DNA from: an uncultured Planctomycetota bacterium
GTDB taxonomy: Bacteria > Planctomycetota > UBA11346
Assembly (NCBI GenBank): GCA_903902515.1
Contig: CAIUVD010000326.1
Location: 2,350-66,349 of the forward strand
Length of the DNA: 64,000 bases
Direction of reading: 5' to 3'
Under the pieces are notes generated by a model. It did not search any database. It had not been told where the DNA came from and saw nothing but the letters and a program-made list of their open reading frames with translations. The position numbers and the translations under genes are program-made. Positions 50,007-57,461 of the stretch are shown piece by piece. How positions within the stretch are numbered: the stretch's first letter is position 1; each line of letters starts with the position of its first letter.

Positions 50007-51596
50007 TCACCCCGACGATGACGGCGTCGTGATTCCGTGACTGGCTCCCACGGCCCGGCGACGGTCAAGGAAGGGGACGCCGAAGAAATCTCGGGAACCC
50101 CGTTGCGGCAGATACCAGTTCGATAGCCCGATGGTCATAAACACCGAGGGCGACTGAATCCTAAAATAGGGCATAAGATCCGGATTCGCCAGCGAGATTG
50201 GACGCGTAGCTCCAATCGGGGGGATAGAGAGTCTGCCCGCTTGAATGTCCTGATAATCCAAGGGAATGGCCTGATTGCCCTGCAAGAAACCGCCCGGCGA
50301 TGACGTAGCCCAAGCCCGGCTCGGATCCTGCAAAATCACGAGATTATCGAGGACCATTACCGAATAATCCTCGAACTTCGCGCCCCGGTCGGTCGTCTTC
50401 AGAATAATCCCACGGCTGGTCGGATAGCGGCCGAAAACGGTGTTATTGTAAATCCGTATCTGCTTGTTGCTGTTCGCATTTTGGCCACTGACGGCAATGC
50501 CGCCCGTCGTGCCCGACAACGCATCGTTGTCCGAAATATTATAGCGCACGATATGCCCACTATTGCTGAAGCCTCGATTGGTATAAATGAGGAATCCTGC
50601 ACCCTGATTATCGAAGGAATAATTGTACTGAAGAATGCAGTTCGTGGTTCCTTGGTCCAGGTCAAACCCTCCGCCATCCTGATTGTTCCGACTCCGGTTG
50701 TTGCGCGATACGCAATGCTGGATGGTGATGCCATCCGATGAGGCGGCCCAAATTCCCACCGGACCACCATCGCCCGCATTCCCCATCAAGGCTCCATTCC
50801 GCTGGGCAAGACAGCCATCAATCCTGGATCGACTGGTATTCTCCAAAAGGATTCCATTGCCACTGTGAGAGGTCGTGCGGTAGGGATCGCCTTGATTATC
50901 CTCGACCACCGAATTTCTGATCAGGATGTCGTAGGTATATCCGGCATTCGGGATTTGACGTGTTGGACTATTTCCCTGGGTGTGCACGCCCGCATATCCA
51001 TTTCCCGACGCCGTGACACGGTCCACGGTGATGGCGTTACTGCCATTCAGGTGAATCCCATTTCCGCGGAATCCTCGCACCGTGACGTTGCGAATCGTGG
51101 AATTACTCAACCAATTCCCATAGATCCCATCCGGGTAAGACACGGGGGTCACCGAGCCCGCCGATGACCGGGGAAGCGTAGGATTCCAGGCGCCGATCAC
51201 CTCCAGATTTTGCAGGATGATCCCTTGGCTACGCTGGAGCTGGATCCCATAGGTGGTGCCCGGAAGCACACGGAGGGTCGCACGGGCCGCGGTGGAGCTG
51301 GTCGTCGTATAAGAGTCAATCGTGATGCCATTTTTACGATCGAGCAACAATCCCTTCAGGCTTGGATCAATATCAAATGTATCTCCTGCCCTGAATAAAA
51401 TTTTGTCGCCACTCCGCAAAGAACCCATGGCCTGATTCATCTTCGCCACGGTTCTCCACGGCGATTGAGCACTCTTTCCCGTGGCAGTGAGATCGTTCCC
51501 CAATCTACTTACATAGTAATCCTGTGCGGATGCTGTCGCACAGCCTCCGACCAACAGCATGAGGTTGAAGAGCAGCTGATGTTTACGCATGGCCAT
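50007..51596 (-). CDS. Secreted right-handed parallel beta-helix protein (pectate-lyase-like fold)
   Basis: YYVS..GND...G.S..SPWRT, GDKILFRAGDTF, GPVGIW, DGGGFDLD and LQYNYS..N.G.G; lower GC than flanks. Confidence 0.8.
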   Translation of the reverse strand: MAMRKHQLLFNLMLLVGGCATASAQDYYVSRLGNDLTATGKSAQSPWRTVAKMNQAMGSLRSGDKILFRAGDTFDIDPSLKGLLLDRKNGITIDSYTTTSSTAARATLRVLPGTTYGIQLQRSQGIILQNLEVIGAWNPTLPRSSAGSVTPVSYPDGIYGNWLSNSTIRNVTVRGFRGNGIHLNGSNAITVDRVTASGNGYAGVHTQGNSPTRQIPNAGYTYDILIRNSVVEDNQGDPYRTTSHSGNGILLENTSRSRIDGCLAQRNGALMGNAGDGGPVGIWAASSDGITIQHCVSRNNRSRNNQDGGGFDLDQGTTNCILQYNYSFDNQGAGFLIYTNRGFSNSGHIVRYNISDNDALSGTTGGIAVSGQNANSNKQIRIYNNTVFGRYPTSRGIILKTTDRGAKFEDYSVMVLDNLVILQDPSRAWATSSPGGFLQGNQAIPLDYQDIQAGRLSIPPIGATRPISLANPDLMPYFRIQSPSVFMTIGLSNWYLPQRGSRDFFGVPFLDRRRAVGASHGITTPSSSG

Positions 51597-51977
51597 GGAG
51601 TTTCCTTTTGAGGTCATCCAGAGGAGGCAGGCAGCGCCGGAAGGCACATCTACTTTACTTGAATCAGTTGCATCATTCCATGCCTACCGTGGAAATCCCC
51701 TATCCATTTTGGAATGCGCCGTTGATCGCCCACCAGGGGGCCATGCAAATCGGCCCTCCTCCTGGCTCAATGGCGCGAACATCTGGTGATCAATACAAGA
51801 TAGGTCCATAGAACGACCAACGTGCGCAAACGCATCCGTGGTAAAACGGATCACCATCACCGAGCCACCTGACCAACTCCCGAGAACCCGAACGCACCTC
51901 CACGACGCGATACGAACGATTTCCAACGCACGCCGAGCCTTCCCGCCTCGTAAGCCGCCGTATGCTGCCACGCCCCC

Positions 51978-52823
51978 ATGCTCACCACCCTGCTCATCAC
52001 CAATGATCCCGAGGTCGCGCGGTTCGTCGTGACCCATGGGGTCGGCCGCATCATGGTCGACACCGAGATCACCGGCAAAGCGGAGCGGCAAGCCGGCAAG
52101 AACATGATTCTGTCAGACCACACCATCGAGGATGTGGGCCGGATCCGGACAGCGGTGCCGGCGGCAGACCTGCTGCTGCGGGTCAATCCCTTCCACGCCG
52201 GAACCGCCGAGGAAATCCGCCGGGGCGCCGCCCAGGGAGCAAACCTCGTCATGCTGCCGATGGTCCGCCATCCGGCCGAAGTGGCCGCCGCCGGCCTGGT
52301 GGCCCAGGAATGCGGCATTGGCCTCGTCCCTTTGGTGGAAACCGCCGCTGCCATGACCCGCTTCGAGCGCATCATCGGCTGCCCAGGCGTGAAGGAGGTC
52401 TACGTCGGCCTCAATGACCTGCATCTGGAACTGGGCTGCGATTTCCTGTTCGAGCCGGTTGCCGGCGGCCTGATCGACCACCTGGCGGGCATCGCCCGGC
52501 GGGCCGGCATCCCCTGGGGCTTCGGCGGCCTGGCCACCCTCGGCTCCGGCCTGGTCCCCGGCGAACTGGTCCTGGCCGAGCATGCCCGCCTGGGATCGAC
52601 CAGAGTGATCCTCTCCCGCGCCTTCACCCGCCACGCCAAAACCCTCCCGGACCTCCGGGCCGCCATCGACCTGCCCGCCGAGGTCGCCAAGGTTCACGCC
52701 GCCTGGCGGAACCTGACGGCCACCTCCCCCGCGGTCCTCGCCGAGCGCCACCGGGAACTCCAGGCCACGGTGGCCCAGATCGTCGACACCAAGCGTCCGA
52801 CCACCGAGTCCCCCCCATGCTGA
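51978..52823 (+). CDS. HpcH/HpaI aldolase/citrate lyase family protein
   Basis: IMVDTE..GK.ERQ, RVNP, MLPM, LVET, VGLNDLHL, FGFGG-like and VILSRAF. Confidence 0.8.
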   Translation: MLTTLLITNDPEVARFVVTHGVGRIMVDTEITGKAERQAGKNMILSDHTIEDVGRIRTAVPAADLLLRVNPFHAGTAEEIRRGAAQGANLVMLPMVRHPAEVAAAGLVAQECGIGLVPLVETAAAMTRFERIIGCPGVKEVYVGLNDLHLELGCDFLFEPVAGGLIDHLAGIARRAGIPWGFGGLATLGSGLVPGELVLAEHARLGSTRVILSRAFTRHAKTLPDLRAAIDLPAEVAKVHAAWRNLTATSPAVLAERHRELQATVAQIVDTKRPTTESPPC

Positions 52824-53392
52824 AACGGACCATCGACCTGGTCGTCTCGGGCAGCGCTCTCGTGGTGTTGGCCCTGCCCCTCATGTCGATTGCGGCGGTG
52901 ATTTCCGCAACCTCCCCCGGTGGGGCGATCTTCCGTCAGATCCGAGTCGCCCGGGGCGGCGGCACCTTCACCATCTGGAAATTCCGCAGCATGCGGGCCG
53001 ACGCCCCCAGCATGGGCCCCCACTTCACCGCCGCCGGCGATCCCCGCATTACCCCCGTCGGGCGCTTCCTGCGCAAGACCAGCCTCGATGAACTGCCCCA
53101 GTTGATAAATGTCTTTCTCGGCGACATGAGCCTGGTCGGGCCCCGGCCCAACGTCCCCCGCCAGCGCAACGAATACACCCAGGAGGAGTGGGACGCCCGC
53201 AACGCCGTCCGCCCCGGCATTACCGGCCTAGCCCAGGCGACCCTGCGCTCCGCTGCGACCCAGGAACAGCGCACCGCCCTCGACCTGGAATACGCCCGGC
53301 CCCGGGGTGAATTCGCCCGGGTCGCCTTCGACCTGCGGATCATCGCCATGACGGTCCGCCAAGTGCTGACCAAAGGTGGGAATGCGGGCTAG
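52817..53392 (+). CDS. Bacterial sugar (phosphoglycosyl) transferase, PglC-like
   Basis: KRTIDL, KFRSM, DPRIT..GRFLRKTSLDELPQL.NV..GDMSLVGPRP and RPGITGLAQ. Confidence 0.93.
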   Translation: MLKRTIDLVVSGSALVVLALPLMSIAAVISATSPGGAIFRQIRVARGGGTFTIWKFRSMRADAPSMGPHFTAAGDPRITPVGRFLRKTSLDELPQLINVFLGDMSLVGPRPNVPRQRNEYTQEEWDARNAVRPGITGLAQATLRSAATQEQRTALDLEYARPRGEFARVAFDLRIIAMTVRQVLTKGGNAG

Positions 53393-53440
53393 TAATGGTC
53401 CATATTACGGAGCAGAATGTCTTACAGGGTTCACTCAGCC

Positions 53441-53801
53441 AACCCCAGATGATCTGGCCAGCAGGAGGGCATCGGCGATAGCATGAACCGGGTCGCTGTC
53501 TCAGGCCTGGGGGCGACGGTCAGCGCCATTGCAGGATTTTTCCCGTTTGTGCTCAACCTCCGTCTACACCCCACCCCGCCGCCTTACCTCATGAAACCGC
53601 CCGCAAATGCACAGGCGTTGCGACTCCAGGGCGTAGCCCATCTATGGGCCCTCATCGGATGGCGATTCATGCACAAACCGCCCGGCAATCACCCGCTCGT
53701 CAGGTAGGTGGATTTCCGCAACCTCTTCCAGGTAGGCGAGGCGCGGGCAGTAGGTCACGGCATGGAGGGCGCTGACCCGGGTCAGCGTTCTGGGGGGGCA
53801 C
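53441..53801 (-). pseudogene. cas4: Decayed Cas4 domain of a Myxan-type (type I-B) Cas4-Cas1 fusion
   Basis: One frame reads RVSALHAVTYCPRLAYLEEVAEIHLPDERVIAGRFVH..*MGYALESQRLCICGRFHEVRRRGGV*TEVEHKRE...RPQA*DSD..AIADALLL; in-frame stops at 53642-44, 53564-66 and 53501-03; no Cas1 part follows. Confidence 0.8.
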
Positions 53802-53858
53802 CGTTGCCGGTGATGGAACGTCTGTGAACATGATGACGACACCCTGGGGTTTTCGGTC

Positions 53859-54179
53859 ATGTCATCCGCACCACGCACGACCGCCCTGACCATCCGCCAA
53901 CTGCCGCTCGCCACCGTCCGCAGCCTCAGGTCCCGGGCCAAGGAACACCACCGCAGCCTGGAAACCGAGATCCGCGACATCCTGATCCGCGAAGCCGCCC
54001 AGCCGAGCATGCCGGAATGGCGGGCCCAGGCAGAGCGCCTGCGCCAGGAGGTCACACCCTGGCAACCGGGCATGCTGACCGCCGTCGATCTGGTGGGCGA
54101 AGGCCGAGACGAGGATCGCCGAATGGAGTTCAATGGAGCCGCAGGAATGAACCTGCGGAAACCAATGCCGTTGAAATAA
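53859..54179 (+). CDS. FitA/Arc-like ribbon-helix-helix antitoxin (no cognate toxin adjacent)
   Basis: LTIRQLP...RSLRSRAKEHHRSLETEIRDIL and TAVDLVGEGRDE; C-terminus reads through a CRISPR-like repeat. Confidence 0.8.
   Translation: MSSAPRTTALTIRQLPLATVRSLRSRAKEHHRSLETEIRDILIREAAQPSMPEWRAQAERLRQEVTPWQPGMLTAVDLVGEGRDEDRRMEFNGAAGMNLRKPMPLK
54127..54162 (-). CRISPR. Solitary type I-G (I-U)-like CRISPR repeat, no array
   Basis: Minus strand reads GTTTCCGCAGGTTCATTCCTGCGGCTCCATTGAACT: 36 nt, 5' GTTTCC, 7-bp hairpin CCGCAGG/CCTGCGG, 3' CATTGAA. No second copy seen. Confidence 0.7.
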
Positions 54180-54740
54180 GCCACCTCCCGCTGCCTTTTC
54201 CTGGCTTTCCCCACGTCATCCCCAGATGCGCCAGCGTCCATGCATGCTCCTGCATAGGCAAAGACACTCGTGAGGTCGACAGATCCGCCCCCAGCGGCGG
54301 GCGAGGGCGAGCATTCGACGATGGAGAATGTCGAGCAGGCATCTGGGGACCTTTGTGCCCCGGCTGGTTGCCAGGAGTTCAGACAGACGGTCGCCGAGGG
54401 CTGCCCGGTTATGTCGTCGTGTTCGCGGATCGTCTGGGTAGGGTCTTTGGTCCTTCGGTAGGAGGTCGATGGCGACCTCCTCGGTGAGGCTCTCCAGCAG
54501 GAACATCAGCATGAGGGTGTCGATCTCCTCCTAAATACGTTGTGGCGTAGTGCCGTCGAAATCCTCGCACTCGCAGCGGATCTTGAGATCGCGAAAAGCA
54601 TTCTCGATGCCCCAGTGGCGGCGATAGACGGCGAACAGGTCGTCCGGGGTGACGTGTTCACGGTCCATGAGGTTGGTCACGAGAACCCGATCGGTCCCAT
54701 TGTGGTCGCGGCGGCGGACGAGGCCCAGCCCTCAACGGTA
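54163..54740 (-). mobile_element. IS4-family transposase relic (5'-truncated, premature stop) with putative terminal inverted repeat
   Basis: Minus frame VLVTNL...LFAVYRRHWGIENAFRDLK (YREK-type motif, R replaced by H) then QRI*EEI with TAG at 54531-33; caatgccgttgaaataag (54163-54180) resembles IS4-type ends. Confidence 0.75.
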
Positions 54741-54833
54741 TCCGCATAAGCTAATAGCATAGTTTACTGACTGCCTTTTCAGGCCCTTGCCAGGAGACTT
54801 CGCATCGGAGCATGCTGCGATGGGAATCGTACG

Positions 54834-57461
54834 ATGACAAAGAATCCCAGGTCGATCGGCGCCCGTCTAGAGACGCCCTGGGGTAAATTGCAGCGACAGG
54901 ACCCCCAGGATCGCACCAGCCCAGTCATGGCCTGGCACCCCCTGCAGGATCATTGCGCCGATGTCGCAGCGTGCCTGGTGGCCCTCCTCGGAAGCGCCGC
55001 ACAGCCGACCGCCATGCGCCAGCGTCTTGCCGCCCTCGGGCACCAAGACCACCTCGACGACCAGCAAGTTGCGCGTCTTGGGGTGCTAGCGTTCCTGCAC
55101 GACATCGGCAAGGCGAATCGCGGATTCCAGGCCAAAGCCTTCGTCGAGGCCTCCCGGGATGCCGGCCATATTGCCGAAGTCATGGTCCTGCTGTGTCGTG
55201 GGGACCCACCCCTAATGAACGCCCTGGACTTCCCTTCAGACTGGTCAAAGGGAGACGGCACGATGGAACTGCTGGCGGCCGCCATCAGCCACCATGGCCG
55301 GCCAGCGGACCAGCCGCAGACCTTGCCCCACCCGGACACGGTGGCCCGCTGGTGGGCCCCGGGGTCCGACGGCGACCCGATGGCCACCATTCAGTCCCTG
55401 GTTGCCGCCACCCGGCGCTGGTTGCCCCAGGCTTGGGAATCCGGTGGCCGACCGCTGCCCACTACGCCGGGCTTTCAGCATGGTTTCTGCGGGCTCGTGC
55501 AACTCGCCGATTGGCTAGGGTCAGACACCGATTTCTTCCCCTACAGCCAGCCCGGCGAAGACCGCTGGCCCCGAGCCGTCGAAGCGGCGACTGCCGCCAT
55601 GGCCGCCACCGGTCTGGTAGCCACCGCCGCCCACGCGGCCCTGGCCGTGGATCCCCCCTTTTCCGCCATCAGCGATTTCCGCCCGCATCCCCTCCAAGCG
55701 GCCGTCGGTCGCCTGATACCAGCGGCGGGCCCCTCCTTGACCTTGATCGAAGAGGAGACCGGCGGCGGCAAAACCGAGGCGGCCCTCTGGCATTTCGCCC
55801 GGCTGTTCGCCGCTGGCCTGGTCGATGGGCTCTATTTCGCCCTACCAACCCGCACCGCTGCCACCCAAGTCCATCGCCGGGTCACCGAGGCCATCGCCCG
55901 CAGCTTTCCTACCAGCCCGCCAACCGTCATCCTGGCCGTCCCGGGCTACCTCCGCGTCGATGGGGCCGAAGGTCGGCCCCTGCCGGCGTTCGAGGTCTTG
56001 TGGAATGACGACCCGACCAAGGTTGACCGCCACCGCCGCTGGGCAGCGGAACACCCCAAACGGTTCCTCGCCGGAACCGTCGTCGTTGGCACCATTGATC
56101 AGGCGCTGTTGGCGGCTTTGGCCGTCGATCACGCCCACCTCCGTTCCGCCTGCCTGCTCCGGCACCTGCTGGTCGTCGATGAGGTCCACGCTTCGGACGC
56201 CTACATGAACCGCCTGCTGACGGCGCTCCTAGAACGCACCCGGGCCGCCGGGGGGCATGCGCTGCTGATGTCCGCCACCCTTGGGTCCGTGGCCCGCAAT
56301 GCCTTCCTCGGCTCCTGGGGCCACCCCACCACGACCAGCCCCGCCGAGGCCCAGGCCATCCCCTACCCCACCCTGTGGGCGGTCGGCGCTCCACCCCAGG
56401 TGGTGGAGCGTACCGGCCGGGACCGGCGGGTGACCCTGACCACGCTGGAGGCCGATGATCCGGCCGTCATCGCCCGTCGGGCCCAGGCAGCCGCCCAGGC
56501 CGGTGCCCGGGTACTGATCATCCGCAACACCCGGGCGGATTGCCTCGCCACCCAGGCCGCCCTGGAATCCACCGTGGCGCCGGACCTCTTGTGGCGGGTG
56601 GCTAGCCCAACCGGTCTCCTGCCCGTGCCCCATCACGCCCGCTATGCCCGCGAAGACCGAACCTACCTCGATGCCGGGATCGAAGCCGCCTTCGGCAAGC
56701 ACGCCGAGCGTCACGGCGGCCTGATCGCCTGCGCCACCCAGACCATCCAACAGGCCCTCGACCTGGATGCCGACCTCCTCATCACGGACTTGGCCCCGGT
56801 CGATGTGCTCCTGCAACGCCTCGGCCGCCTGCACCGCCATGCCCGGCCCCGGCCCACCGGCTTTACCGACGCCCAAGCCGTGATCCTCAGTCCCCCCGAT
56901 TCCCTGGCCACCTGGCTGGGTAACCCCCGCCGGGGGCCCCATGGCTGGGGCACCGTGTACCAGGACCTACGGATCCTGGAGGCCACCCGCCGGCTGGTGG
57001 CGGAAGGCACCTGGGCGATCCCCCAGGACAATCGCCGGTTGGTGGAACAGGCCACCCATCCCGATCTCCTGGCGGTACTCACCATCGATGATCCTCGCTG
57101 GGCTACCCACGGTTACGACCAACAAGGCCGCCTCTATGCCCTGAAGGATCGCGCCCGCCTGGGCCTGCTGCCCTGGCATCGTACCTTTGGCGAGCCGGAA
57201 GTCCTTTTCCCTCGTGAAGCGATGGATGGGGAACTGAAGACCCGGTTGGGGGAAAATGATCGGCGCATCGTCCTTCCCACGCCCTGGTCATCCGCCCTGG
57301 GGCAGACCATCCGCGAACTGACCGTGCCGGGCTGGTGGTGCGCTGACCTGCCCCCAGACGCCCCCGTTCGCGTTACACGCAACGAAAGTTGCGCGCAGAT
57401 CCAATTTGGGCCCCTACGCTTTTCCTATGACCGCCTTGGCCTACGCCGTGAGGAGACCTGA
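54834..57461 (+). CDS. cas3: CRISPR-associated HD nuclease/helicase Cas3
   Basis: H..DV, LHDIGK, SHHG, LADWLGS, TGGGKTE, ALPT, DEVH, MSATL, ATQ..QQALD.D and QR.GR.HRH. Confidence 0.95.
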   Translation: MTKNPRSIGARLETPWGKLQRQDPQDRTSPVMAWHPLQDHCADVAACLVALLGSAAQPTAMRQRLAALGHQDHLDDQQVARLGVLAFLHDIGKANRGFQAKAFVEASRDAGHIAEVMVLLCRGDPPLMNALDFPSDWSKGDGTMELLAAAISHHGRPADQPQTLPHPDTVARWWAPGSDGDPMATIQSLVAATRRWLPQAWESGGRPLPTTPGFQHGFCGLVQLADWLGSDTDFFPYSQPGEDRWPRAVEAATAAMAATGLVATAAHAALAVDPPFSAISDFRPHPLQAAVGRLIPAAGPSLTLIEEETGGGKTEAALWHFARLFAAGLVDGLYFALPTRTAATQVHRRVTEAIARSFPTSPPTVILAVPGYLRVDGAEGRPLPAFEVLWNDDPTKVDRHRRWAAEHPKRFLAGTVVVGTIDQALLAALAVDHAHLRSACLLRHLLVVDEVHASDAYMNRLLTALLERTRAAGGHALLMSATLGSVARNAFLGSWGHPTTTSPAEAQAIPYPTLWAVGAPPQVVERTGRDRRVTLTTLEADDPAVIARRAQAAAQAGARVLIIRNTRADCLATQAALESTVAPDLLWRVASPTGLLPVPHHARYAREDRTYLDAGIEAAFGKHAERHGGLIACATQTIQQALDLDADLLITDLAPVDVLLQRLGRLHRHARPRPTGFTDAQAVILSPPDSLATWLGNPRRGPHGWGTVYQDLRILEATRRLVAEGTWAIPQDNRRLVEQATHPDLLAVLTIDDPRWATHGYDQQGRLYALKDRARLGLLPWHRTFGEPEVLFPREAMDGELKTRLGENDRRIVLPTPWSSALGQTIRELTVPGWWCADLPPDAPVRVTRNESCAQIQFGPLRFSYDRLGLRREET

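Noticed and set aside
53483..53535. ATGAACCG (I-E handle-like) followed by a GTCGC...GCGAC...CATTGCAGG pseudo-repeat, a possible CreA/CreR mini-array
   Set aside because: Lies within the cas4 pseudogene frame; no clean hairpin, no second repeat and no convincing match to the cas3 promoter
53549..53557. GTGCTCAAC, resembling the start of Myxan-type CRISPR repeats
   Set aside because: It is the antisense of the V-E-H codons of the cas4 pseudogene, and no rest of a repeat follows
53642..54241. 199-aa minus ORF as a real protein
   Set aside because: Composite of the antisense of the antitoxin gene and the first third of the cas4 relic
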